A stretch of 64,000 nt of DNA, taken from NCBI GenBank assembly GCA_051530055.1, contig CM121341.1, positions 11,510,784-11,574,783 of the forward strand. The letters run 5' to 3'. Origin of the DNA: Neoechinorhynchus agilis (taxonomy: Eukaryota; Animalia; Acanthocephala). Positions 52,621-64,000 of the stretch are shown here, in pieces. Both the position numbers and the translations under genes were made by a program. Positions within the stretch are counted from its first letter, which is position 1. Every line of letters starts with the position of its first letter. A model generated the notes under the pieces. That model did no database searches, was not told where the DNA came from, and saw nothing but the letters and a program-made list of their open reading frames with translations.

Positions 52621-53829
52621 AGAAAAACATGAACGTTTAGCAACATCTTAGATTTAAATGCTCTCGTAAATATTTAGAGTTTAAGTAAGCATTCGATCAT
52701 AAACTAATTCTAGTAGCTATCAATAAATAAAATATATTTTCAATCACTTTATCCAGCATTCGGGTCGATCGCTTAAATAAATCCTGTCGGCCACAGGGTT
52801 TTATCATTACTTGTTTCTTTGCACTTCAAACAATTTATTGAGTGACATTAAGTGTTTGAAATACAATGTCATTCCGCTATTCCTCACTAGTTAATTTAGC
52901 TATGATTTTGAATTCAAAAAATTAAAGGCTCCATTCTCCGTGTAGCTTGGTCCACTCTGCACTCACGAATCTTTTTAAACATAAAGCATTTGAAGCAGAA
53001 CGTTTCTTTTTTAAATGCTTACTTAAAATAGATTAAAATGGTATTTTACCGGGAACCCTTAATTGTTTCGTTTGACCTTGAAATATGGTCTTATCGAATT
53101 GTTTTTAAAAGAATTAAGATATTCGTTGATAATCTCGTCCAACGGTATCATCGACATAAATCTTGTGAATACAGATTATCCGCAATTTTCATCACTACTA
53201 AAGCATCCCAAATACAGCATTTGTTTTGACTGCTCATTTTACCCAGAGCTCGGGTAGCCAGATAAAATGGGTTTTTAATGTTCAATTGCGGCAGTCATGA
53301 GTATCTCTGCGGCGGGGACCTTAGACAAGAGCTTTGTATTGTTACTTTGAAAATGATTAAGCGTGCGGTGAGTAATGATGTAGGATTTTACAAGACTCAA
53401 ACCATCTACTTTTTCACTGTGATGATTTCTTCAGCCTAGACGTTTTGAACGTTCAGTGGAATATGACCAAATCAACAAGCGCTCTTCCTTGTTTCGATGT
53501 ATTGCCAAATTGCCGGTGCCAGCTATTCTAACTGATGTAAAAGACACATGACGACAACCATTTGGCACGCGAATGTCATCGAGAAATGAAAAACTGGCTT
53601 GTCGTATCTGTACCCTATATAATATTCAGAGTTGTGATATATTATTAGTAGATATTGGAAACGCCCTTGGAATCGCATCTTGTTTTTTTTCACGTGTTGA
53701 AATTTAAATTTTTTTAAATCATTCAATCTATTTTTTGTGCTTACGTGGATTTTTCTAATGGAATTTTAGGGTCGAAATTGTTGGTATCTTCAAAGTGTTA
53801 ACGGTCTTTACGGATGAAAGAGGAAACAA

Positions 53830-54385
53830 TCAAATAGAGTCCTTTAAAGTTCAGTGCAATTTTTCTTCTAATCTATTCAAACAATTTGATCCATAGCTCG
53901 CAAAAATATTCTATTCTGTCAATATAGTTTCGTTTTCTTCAAATGTTATGTTTGTTCGGCAGCTTCCTTGATGGCCGCGGCATTGCCTCGTTAGATCGCC
54001 GCGCTGATTCGCTGCAACAGGAAGCTGCTGGATCGCATATCGCCGGTGGCATCAAACAATTAATACATTTCACAACAGGTGCGCTCTAATCTGCTCCTCC
54101 AAACTCGTTTTTTTTAGAAAAACACCTCTCTCTAATCTTTCAAGAGCACTCAAAGCGCTTTCATTCCCTTCCTCCTCTTCAATTTCTGCCACAGATTTCT
54201 CCCTTTTCTCACACTTAAAACACTTACGTCGTCCCAAAATTTTCCACTCTTGAGTTCCTCGCACAGTGCTCGATCTCCGCTCTTTCTTCTCAACCGTTCA
54301 ATCCTCCAAATGCGAATCGATTCGGAGGAACGAGGGAATCCACTGATACCTAAGGTACAAGAATCAATGACTTGTGCTTCTTCTT
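53830..54385 (+). mobile_element. 3' end of the CR1/L2-group LINE with a GC-rich hairpin insert
   Basis: Inverted paralogue of 27180-27620, with the same AAATAAAACGTGTTT end. Insert arms GCAGCTTCCT/AGGAAGCTGC at 53959-54028. Confidence 0.8.
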
Positions 54386-54411
54386 TTAAATAAAACGTGT
54401 TTATTATACAA

Positions 54412-54873
54412 TTAAAGTTCATCACTACCAATGGGTTTCCACTTGCAGTTATGACCTCTTCTAATTCTGCAATCCAGGGGATACTGCCAGTTTTTGTATT
54501 GTCGTTCCAAAAATTCCACCACCTTTGCTGGACCTTTCGGCGACCTGTTCTCGAAAACAATAGGTTTGGTTGGAAAAATCACATTCTTGTCATACTTAAT
54601 CCCTTTGAACTGATAATCAATTGATTTCTCATTGTCAATGAACCAGAAAATATCAACCGACAGTGTATTCTTATTGCTTACTTGAATATGGGTTTGCTTT
54701 TTTCCTCTAAAATTCTTAACTTTGCGTCCCCTTTGCTCCACAAGAATTGTTTTGGCAAATGCCATGAAACGATCGTATTCCGTTGAGTTCACAATAAAAT
54801 CTATATCGTCATCGTATGGAGTACAAGTGATTTCTTCATTGGCTTTGAGATAAAAATAAAAAACGAAATTCAT
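54412..54873 (-). pseudogene. LicD/fukutin-related nucleotidyltransferase fragment, N-terminally incomplete
   Basis: PYDDDIDF, VDIF, IFPTKPIVFEN..KGP...FLERQYKNW. The LLGxxRH motif and N-terminus are absent. Confidence 0.6.
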
Positions 54874-55019
54874 TTTAAGTTTTTACTGGCAAGCCGATAT
54901 TGTTTTCATCATCATTAAATTTTAGTTTATCCCTTAACTTAAAATAGAATACAGCGCTCACCCTGAGTCGAAAAACTGGCTGAGTTTGAAATTTCGTAGT
55001 TGTGTCGAGGTGGTTAGTT

Positions 55020-55245
55020 GAATTTTTTTACAAACGATGTTCCCATCCGACCAAAACAGTAATGTACTCAATAATCAACAACCGCATTCATTGAACAACT
55101 CTGAACTCGGGTGCTCATGAGGACTAAAAGGTACATGGGTCCTATTCTTTGTCTAATAAGAAATAAACGTTTTAGTATAAACAGATTGATGATGAACCCG
55201 ACAAGGTTCGAAAAGTTTTTAATAAAAAAATCATCTTGGTGGCAT
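55020..55245 (+). mobile_element. Near-identical copy of 12660-12880 (one HHR-like arm)
   Basis: Direct sequence identity over about 220 bp. Confidence 0.85.
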
Positions 55246-55810
55246 TTTCACCAACCACGCGAATACACGGAAACTTCATCCTCGACTTGGATTATAGAAA
55301 CGATATCTAAGCTCATAAAACAAAAAATATTTAAATCCAAAAAATAGTTAAATAAAAACATCGATGATTCGGGAAAAGCCTAGGTCATCCGTTGCGCCAT
55401 CAAGCATTTTCAGCAATCACGCGAATACACGGAAACTTCATCCTCGACATAGACTATAGAAACGATATCTAAGCTCCTTGGACAAATATTTATCTAAATC
55501 CAAAGAAATGATTAAATAAAAAATATCGTAGATTCGGGAAAAACCTCAGTCATCCGTTGCGCCATCATGCATTTTCAGCAATCACGCGAATACACGGAAA
55601 CTTTATCCTCGACTTGGATTCTAGAAACCATATCTAAGCTCATAAAGCAAAAAAAATATTTAAGTCCAAAAAATAGTTAAATACAAATATCGTAGATTCG
55701 GGAAAAGCCTCAGTCATCCGTTGCGCCATCATGCATTTTCAGCAATCACGCGAATACACGGAAACTTCATCCTCGACATAGACTATAGAAACGATATCTA
55801 AGCTCTTTGA
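55242..55810 (+). repeat. Tandem repeat, about 164 bp x 3.5
   Basis: GCATTTTCA(G/C)CAA(T/C)CACGCGAATACACGG at about 55242, 55404, 55569 and 55733. Confidence 0.92.
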
Positions 55811-55954
55811 AATTCCACTATTCGTTCTCTAATGATAAAATCACAACATTAGAAAGAGGATCTTGAGCTCATTTTGGCACAAGAAACTGACTTATTACTA
55901 TTCTAAACGCCGTGTTATCATTCTTTTATTGAAAAGTGTGAGATCTGGATTTTT

Positions 55955-56205
55955 ACAATACACAGCTGAATTATGATCACATCGTCCACTGATCTGAGTC
56001 AGGGACAGCGCTGGTCTACGCTCAATGCCCAAGATTGTACGGTTCTGAGTTTGTACATCCCCGTCCAAGGAGGTGGGACTCATCCGTGAGTTTGTTCCCT
56101 TCAACACGAGGGGATTTTTATCCCGTTTGGTTAGGAGACATCGGCGATCTTGGATTTTGAACTGTTTTGACCCTGAACCGCCTCGGTACAACTACGGAAT
56201 GTACA
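55955..56205 (-). mobile_element. SINE copy (family of 12940-13105)
   Basis: TCCGTAGTTG..CCGAGG...GTTCAAAATCC..GATCGCCGATG...TTGGGCATTGAGCG. Confidence 0.7.
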
Positions 56206-56277
56206 AACTTCGCCATACATTAGCCTGGTATAAGCTTGTCGATTTTGACATCTTTTGCGTTGCTCAGTCATTTGCCT

Positions 56278-56910
56278 CTAAGTTATAGGCACAGTTTTCA
56301 CTTGCCCAGCCGACATATTAAAGCATATAAATCGCTTCCATGTTTGGATCAATTTTCCACGGTACAGTACACTTGTAAACGATAGGATTTGGAATAGTGC
56401 AGGATGAGTAAAATACATAATTGTATTCAAAAGTAAATACAGCTCAGAATTGATTCCGGATAAGCGGATAAGATTAAGACTTACCAGCACATATGAAATA
56501 TACCATGGAAGGTAAGTTAGCGTTGTTATTATATCCAACAAAAGTTGAAGTTTGATTGCGAAAAATAAACGACGGGATTTTTTGCCGGTCATTTTATGTT
56601 TGCTTCGTATAAATGCGATAATCGTGATTTGTGTAAGTAAAAGCGAAAGGTACAAAAATACAAGGTAGAATCCAAGGATGAGTACCGTTATGGGAATGCT
56701 GTACGTCCGGTTTGGATCCGTTATAGAACCCAGGCACCTGTATATCCGCCTTGTACATTCCATCGATCGTACAGTTACATTCGTCCATCCGGCTATGCTG
56801 TTGATGTACTTCATAGCTGGCAAATTAATTAGAGGAATAATGGCCAACACAAAAAAGATGACACTGCTTGCGCTTTCCTTAATGGTGAGTTTTGTCAAGT
56901 GTGGATTACA
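56278..56910 (-). CDS. Rhodopsin-class GPCR-like fragment (TM4-TM7 only)
   Basis: Four hydrophobic segments, an ECL2 Cys, TM6 YLPW and TM7 HPALF. In-frame TAA just upstream and no local acceptor AG. Confidence 0.55.
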   Translation of the reverse strand, partial: CNPHLTKLTIKESASSVIFFVLAIIPLINLPAMKYINSIAGWTNVTVRSMECTRRIYRCLGSITDPNRTYSIPITVLILGFYLVFLYLSLLLTQITIIAFIRSKHKMTGKKSRRLFFAIKLQLLLDIITTLTYLPWYISYVLVSLNLIRLSGINSELYLLLNTIMYFTHPALFQILSFTSVLYRGKLIQTWKRFICFNMSAGQVKTVPIT

Positions 56911-56959
56911 TTGTTAGTAATTATAGAATTCGGAGAAGATCTGTCAATTATTAGGTTTA

Positions 56960-57937
56960 GGCAGTTTTAATGGGACTTGGCAAAATAGGAAGTTGGAGAT
57001 CACTAAATCATATTCAGAATACCGATAATGACGTAAATATCGAAATAAACCGTTGAGTTCACTTTTGCGACTAAATTCTGGATTAGATGCTGATGGTTAA
57101 TTTAATGGCAAATCTTTCTCTGGACTCATTATCGCTCATAGAGTCTTAACCAAATTCTTAGACTTGTGATACTAGAGCATATTTTTTCCTACTGTAACAG
57201 CTTTATATGATTTTCTTAAGACGAAGATAAGAACTAAGGCAGACTTTTAGGGAAGGATTTTCTTAAAACGAAAACGTTCGATGACTCATTTATATTTTGT
57301 AAATAAAAGGTGTTCATTCGATCATAAAAAAGGTCAGTCGGCGCTCGAGTCATTTTCCGACACTCGAATCCTTCATTAATACGAATTCGAGGTAAACAGT
57401 AAAATATCTTCTGCAAAAATCTAGAAAATATTATATTTGAAACGATTAATAAAACTTGGCATAAATGGCTGTTTATTGTTTTTAAGTCTTTCAACCGAAA
57501 TAAATTGCCTTGACAACTGCTCATCTAAAATCAAGTCTGGGTCGATAATAAGTCAAGCACTGGATAATTGAAATGGAAAATAATGAAACGCAAATACATG
57601 CGGATGTGGACATATCTAACCATGTCATAAGTTTGCAGAATCGGTCAGAAAACGAGTCCAAATCGACCAAGAACACATTGAATGCGAGTATCTTAGCAAA
57701 TCCATGAAAAGATTTAAATGTGGTCGACCAACCCATCACCTGCATGAGCTTAAAGAACAGCACTCCTTTTGTTGGTGTTTTGATTTGAACAATCAAAGTT
57801 GTAACGTTAAATACGGTTACGATGAATATTCCAATTAAACAAAAAGCAAACGATATTATTGAGAGTGTGTGCAGTTTGGACAAATGCGCTGTTAAAAGAT
57901 CAAAGTATCCGCAAATACCGATCACAGTACCGTTCAT
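56960..57937 (-). pseudogene. Frameshifted GPCR-like paralogue
   Basis: TM1-TM3 intact (FCKLMTWLD...SISIIQC). The continuation is in shifted frames with stops and shares FAIKL with the adjacent fragment. Confidence 0.5.
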
Positions 57938-58990
57938 TCGATTGGCACTTCAGGACTTTTATGCACTTTAAGACTACAGGTTTGGAAATCTATAACGACT
58001 GATGCAGACTGCGCTTCCAATAGGTATCTTCCTTGCGAGATTAACATTTGTCTATTAGATGCATTTTTCATAGCTTTGTACGGCTTGAAAGCGTTTTTCC
58101 ATAGGTGAAATAATATGGAGTGAGTTGCATTTGACTAAACTAAGGACAAGCGGTTACTTAAAGGAGAAAAAGTGCTTTTGCGAGATTTCAGTATACTAAT
58201 CATGAAATTTTTATTAACCATCTTTCTTTATCTTACTAGGATTTTTGTCTAATATTGTGTACATCTTCTGGTAATATTTTTTCCTTACCTTTTCAAATTG
58301 TTCCACGATACTAGATAATTGAATGCCGTTCAGAAACCATCTTGGACAAATGGAGCAAATTTGTCTTCTTAAAAATATAAAGATTTTTGAAAATGCTAGG
58401 TAATTAAAATTGCTCTTACCAACTTTAAGTTCGTGCCGCTAAAACTTATTAAACTGGTTAAGATATCTAAATATTTCAAGGTCCATACGATCGATTGATG
58501 GGTGTGTTCTGAATAAAAAATACTAAGATCCTTAAAAGTACAATCTTAGAAATTAAAATCTCTAATTAGCATCTTATTAAAATAGACTTTTAATGATCTA
58601 AAGTCATCATCGTTGCTAAAAAATTATGCTCATGAGTTTTGCGTTGCGAATAATTAATTTGGGGGTCATTTTAGCATAAACTATCTGCGAAGTAATTAAA
58701 TCACGCAGTTATAAATGTGTAAAATTTCCATTTGCGTTTCAACGTATTTTAAACAACTCTAGGAAATGTTCAAAATAATTGCTTTTTGATTGTTGCCACA
58801 AATTTCAAGGGCCAAGAATACATATTGATCAATTTAGTTAAAAGCGTGTTTTTTCAAAGAAATAAGCAAATTATATTTTTCAATGATCAAACATGCTTAT
58901 TATTTGTTCACAAAGTCCCCTAATAATTCTCCCAATCTTGTATCGATGCCTGGTTATCGCTCACAATAACAAGAGATAATATCAATTGAA

Positions 58991-61040
58991 ATGAATCAAG
59001 CGCTTTTCTTATGTTTGACATTTTTGCTTGAAGTCTCAAGGATCCAATGCGGCAATATCTTAAATTCGATATCTCAAATTAATGCATCTATTGATTTTTC
59101 AAGGGTAAATAAATTGTTGGATTTTACCCTTCTTTTCTTAACACGTCAAAATAGATTTCCGATGCAAATTCAATGCCAAACAGACAAATTCGAGATATCG
59201 GCCAGAATGCGATTGTGCAAGAAAAAGGAAAATCGCATATCCGGTTTAACGATGAGCTTTATACTGATCAGTGGAATTTGGTTTGTGTTTAATCTCTTTT
59301 GTAAAATTCGCTGAAAATGAATTAAATAAAGGGCAATGAATACTCGGACGTGATGAACATTCAGGAAGCATGGAGCCATGGTTTAACCGGGAAAGATGTC
59401 ATCATTTGTATAGTGGACGATGGTGTAGATTACCGACATCCGGAACTTAACAGCAGATACGTGAGTATGAGTTGGGCAGATTAGTGATTAGATTTACGGT
59501 TTTGGCTACAAACGTAGAAACCAGAAGCAAGTTACGATTTTAATGAGATTGGCGGTGATAAAGATCCAATCCCTGTTCATACACATAGACAAAATAAGTA
59601 AGAGTATATCTTCGATTTCCAGAAGTCAATTTTGTAATTCAGTCATGGCACGAAATGTGCTGGGATTGCGGTCGCTGAAGCCAATAATGGTATTTGCGGT
59701 GTTGGTGTAGCTTACGGTGCCAGTCTTGCAGGTATATCGTGAATTTTAGTCCAAAACTCGTTATTTTTTCGAAGCAATTCGCTTAATCGACGGACCTCTA
59801 AATCCTATAATGGAATCTCGAGCAATGGCTTATATGAATCAAAAGATTCACATAAAGAGTTCTTCATGGGGACCGACGGATGATGGCGAAACTATGGATA
59901 AAATGGATCCAATTGTAGAGCGTTCCATTGAAATTGGTTGCAAAAAGGCGAGTAATAGTACTTTTGGCTCAATGATTTAATTAAATTCTTTTAGGGTAGG
60001 CAAGGGCGAGGAATCCTTTATGTCTGGGCAGCCGGGAATGGTGGTGATATCGACCATTGTGGAGCTGATGGATATAATGCAAATCCGAATATCTTTAGTA
60101 TTACGTCCGTGAATCAGACGGGTCATCGGGAATATTACACTGAAGCGGGAACGAATATAATAGCAGCAACGTTTGTAGGTCGAGGAGCTACTCACGAAAA
60201 TGTAAGAACAAAAGTCTCATCTTAATTCTTGATTTTCAAACATAGAAATACTGTTCGGGTGTTATAACAACTGATATTGACGGTCGATGCGCTGAAAACT
60301 TTAAAGGGACATCAGCTGCGACTCCACTTGCTGCTGGGATCTTCGCTCTTTTATTGGAAGCACAGCCCGAACTCACGTATCGAGATGTCATGCACTTAAT
60401 CGTGAAAACGGCGAGGAAGCCCAATAAAAATGATGAATTGTGGTTCAAGAATGCAGCCGGTCATATGGTTCATCGCTATATTGGATTCGGAACTTTGGAT
60501 GCCGGTGAGATGGTTAAGCATGGGCGCACTTGGCAACATGTTCCATCGAGAAAACACTGCAATCGATTCGTACCGGTTGATGCTATAAAAAAGTAAGTTC
60601 CTTAAATTGTATATTTGAATACTCATAGATTTGTTAAAAGAACAGAGAACAATACGATTTTCATTCGCTGGAAATTTCGATTGGCAGATTGCGCCATAAA
60701 GAAAATTGAACATGCTACGTTGCGACTCAGTGTTCAGACGGATTACAGAGGTGGAACTCGAATAGATATCACATCACCATTGGGAACTCCGTCGACTCTG
60801 CTGAATTTTAGATGGCTCGATTTAAATGATGAAGGTACTGATTATAAAATTTCTTCTTTTTAATATCTTTGATCTTTTTGTGATTAAGGAATTAAACAAC
60901 ACCCGTTTACAACCAATCGTTGTTGGGGTGAGGATCCAAATGGAGTTTGGACACTTGAGCTCTGGCTGAAAGGAAAACGGGGAAGCTTACCAACTGCTGA
61001 GCATCTCGATATAAACGAATTTATCACGTATGGAACATAA
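58991..61040 (+). CDS. Kexin/furin-like proprotein convertase (S8B plus P domain), 10 exons
   Basis: Signal peptide, VDDG, HGTKCAG, oxyanion AAGNGG, GTSAA, P domain ending [11 protein letters not shown]. Eight GT-AG introns and one GC-AG intron (59948-59994). Confidence 0.92.
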
Positions 61041-61608
61041 GATTAAAACCTCCTATTTAATTAATAAACTTATATTATTTCTCACCGAGAACTTTCAAGT
61101 TAGATACAAAACGTCTTATCATTTGCTTGAATTTTTCAGTCCTTTAAAATGATATTCGGAGACTAAATCGCCGAATAAAATGTTTCATTTTCTCACATTT
61201 TAATAAGTTTTAACAGCTGTTTCAATGCATTGTTTTTAAATTCCTTTGTATCTATTTAAGAAATTCTTTTTACCGATTAAAGGATAAAGCAGTATTTGAA
61301 GTGCAATTTCGACCGAAGTTTAATGGCCTAATTTGGTTTGTGCAGAAAGTTAATAGTAACTAAATATCGAAATTTCGATCCATAAATACGATTTATGACA
61401 AAATTAAACAATACTATAGGACACGAAGCTTGATGTTTCTCATAGAAATAAACATTCTGTTGATCAATAAATTCAACCAGAACTTCAAAACATGCATTCT
61501 TATTGGTCAATAATACATAATTTTAAAAGCCGTTTGCTCACTCCCCATGGTGGATAAGTTCGAGCCATTGCCATAAGATGATTATATATTATCAAGATCC
61601 TTCGATCA

Positions 61609-62043
61609 ATGATGATTCGATTAACTCAAATGCTGTTCATTTGTCTTTGTTCAGTCACTGCTATTCTATGCGCTGCAACATCAGACAAGAAGGAAACTCT
61701 TGGTTGCAGTAACACGATGGAAAAGCGACAGTTCGGATTATTTGGCCCTGGATATGGGCGTCCTGGATTCGGTGGAGGGTTTGGAGGTGGATTCGGTGGA
61801 AGATGTGGTGGTGGTCCTGGGTATGGAAGACCATGTCCTAAACCATGTTCGCCACCCGTTTGCGTCTGCTGCTTTAGTCCAACGACCACATCAGCGCCCA
61901 CTCCACCACCACCGCCAGTTAAACTTTGCTGCTATGTCTGCTGTCCGCCAAAATGTGAACCATCAACAACTTCTCCACCAGCGACCTGTGCTCCGATCTG
62001 TTTTCCATGCGGCCGACAATGCTACCCGCCTTGTGGGTATTAA
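61609..62043 (+). CDS. Secreted Gly-rich then Cys/Pro-rich protein
   Basis: Signal peptide, EKR dibasic site, GFGG repeats, then CPKPC..VCVCC, poly-Pro, CCYVCC and CAPICFPC. Confidence 0.8.
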   Translation: MMIRLTQMLFICLCSVTAILCAATSDKKETLGCSNTMEKRQFGLFGPGYGRPGFGGGFGGGFGGRCGGGPGYGRPCPKPCSPPVCVCCFSPTTTSAPTPPPPPVKLCCYVCCPPKCEPSTTSPPATCAPICFPCGRQCYPPCGY

Positions 62044-62269
62044 AGTCCACTTCGATCGTATTAGTATTAGAGTTTAGCTTATTAGTATCTCAATAAACTA
62101 TCTAGTAGTTATCTTGAACATTACCGTGCTTAGTAGACTTAAATTGAAAAAAACACCAGTGATCACATTTTTGCTGATAAAATAGCGACAATTGTCGTCT
62201 TCTCGTAAGTTATTGAGTTTTGCATCCTGGCTCAGCCGGTAGTCTTTTTATGAGATTATTCTTTAGTCA

Positions 62270-62460
62270 TCTGATTTGAGTCAGGGAGGCGCTGGTCTGC
62301 GCTCAATGCCCAAGGCCCTACAATTCTGAATTTGTACACCCCCGTCCGGATCCTTAAATACCTCCCAAAGAGGCGGGAGGTCATGGGCACTGAGCGCAGA
62401 CCAGCGCTTCCCTGACCGAAATCGGTGAACTGTGTCCATAATTCAGCCGTGTATTATTCC
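62270..62460. mobile_element. Two SINE 3' halves in head-to-head (foldback) arrangement
   Basis: TCAGGGAGGCGCTGGTCTGCGCTCAATGCCCA / TGGGCACTGAGCGCAGACCAGCGCTTCCCTGA, matching 13079-13095 and 55960-56030. Confidence 0.7.
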
Positions 62461-64000
62461 AGAGCGGCGGTGTGAATGATTTTACATTGGAGTTTATAAT
62501 AAGAATCAAAATTTGTATTGTTAAATTTAAACCAGTCCAATAACGACTTTATTACAACATCAATAGCCATTATACATGCGAACCCGATCCATTTTTTCGT
62601 CCTCTTATGTGCAGATTTTTTTCGCTGAGATTGCAATTAATCGGTACGAGGCTTCATTCACCTTAATAGCTTAATAATATTATCGACACCGGAAACCGAA
62701 GTGCCTCTGACTTACCATCTTTCACAACAAATCGCACTGATCACCTAGCAAAGTCATGAAAAAAAGGAGTAGTGGCAATACTGTCTGATCATCACTTGGA
62801 TTCAAAGATAATATGTAAAGTGCTGTCAATCAGAATAATCTACTTAACAGCAAAGATGAATTGAAAATGACTGACTAAAATTGTGGGAACCAGAAAGGAA
62901 ACTTGATGCACAACGAACTCTATGAAGCGATCGATGAAATTTTTAAGTAATTTATACAAGCTTATTTCAAAATCGAATCAAAATATTCCTAATATATCCG
63001 CAATTCGTAATTAAGTTCGAAAAAAATGTAAACGATGCTGACATAAAACGTCTAACAACAAATCGTGCACCCAAAAATTTCCTATTTAAATGATGAGCGA
63101 TGTCGCCCAAGACTGAATCTTTAATAGCGAAATTTATGACTGATTATTTCACCACTAAAAAATTCGACGGTCAATTTCGGTCGTTGTAGAGGCATTTACA
63201 TGCGATCTAACGGGACGCATCTATGATTCACAGATTCGTTAGATAGAACCAATCACAATTTAATATTTATCAATTTGTCTTTAAATAAAGTTTGTTCTTG
63301 TAAATGTTCAGTGGCGGAACGGAGAATGTTAGAAAAAGTTCAAAAATATAAAAGTTGAATTTGTGGTAATTCGATTACTCCCGTAAAACTTATCAACTAC
63401 AAAATATTGATACAGTTGCTGATTATTTTCCCCCACTTGTGGTACCTTTAATCTGTCAAAGTTTAATTCATTCTGTTTTTCCATAGACTTATTTTGAAGT
63501 TGAGAATATTGCGCAATCTTCTTCAAAATTCGTACAATTTTAATATTAAGTTTTAGTGCTAATATTTTATAGAAATGTAAGCGCGTAAAGATTTTTAGGA
63601 CCCGTACTGTTTTTAACGTTTGAAAGTCTTTAGATTTTACATACAATTTTTTGAGCTTTTATATAAGAGTTTCTTAACTTGAACCAATGATTTATAGGTC
63701 CTTTATTTCTTCTACAAACGATTTCTGACTATCAATGGATATTGTAGCTTTCATCAATATGAGTGACTGGATTTTTTTTCTTTTTCCCAGAACAAAATCG
63801 TCCTTTGAATAACATGCAACATACCGTTCCAATCGATCAAAAGAATCTTCATTTGTTCGAAACGAAAGCATTTGATTTTTGGTATAGACAATAAAGGTGA
63901 CCATTCCACCTGCTATTTTTGCGATTTTCATTTTGAATTCATCATCAAGTTTAATAATCTTAGCTGGCTTATTGGCGAACTCCGATTCTTGACTCGATAA

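Noticed and set aside
55242-55810. CRISPR array or ribozyme array
   Set aside because: Whole units of about 164 bp repeat with no unique spacers, the context is eukaryotic, and there is no complete HHR core.
56900-57530. A non-canonical intron joining GPCR TM1-3 (57.9 kb) to TM4-7 (56.9 kb)
   Set aside because: No AG acceptor and some end pairing, but the intervening DNA itself encodes degenerate TM4-TM7 (FAIKL shared). A broken tandem duplication explains it better.
59948-59994. GC-AG intron as a novelty
   Set aside because: An ordinary minor U2 variant with a strong AAG|GCGAGT donor and no end pairing.

Overview
AT-rich metazoan (invertebrate-type) genomic DNA with compact genes and mostly short (~45-60 nt) GT-AG introns. 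I cannot name the organism. Recognisable genes: an NKCC/NCC-like SLC12 transporter, a divergent hnRNP R/A1CF-like RRM gene, a small POLD3, an RGK GTPase, CTNNBL1, a secreted LRR protein, DDX41, RPS3A, MRPL1, an hnRNP L-like gene, a possible F-box gene, a LicD fragment, two broken GPCRs, a kexin/furin-like convertase and a Gly/Cys/Pro-rich secreted protein. These are interspersed with decayed CRE-clade, CR1/L2-group, Penelope-like, hAT, SINE and MITE-like elements. Main discovery: CTNNBL1 and DDX41 are interrupted by inserts that cannot be removed (or only implausibly) by GT-AG/GC-AG splicing. Their two ends base-pair into a stem, and every case can be drawn with the same junction, Y|A...Y|A (equivalent to a YA, mostly TA, duplication). 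This suggests a class of hairpin, transposon-derived non-canonical introns coexisting with ordinary introns. Secondary signals: head-to-head hammerhead-ribozyme palindromes from two families, splice acceptors just before many start codons (possible SL trans-splicing), an intronless HGT candidate and a prodomain-reduced convertase. All splice models and homology calls are by-eye reconstructions, with no transcripts or database searches.
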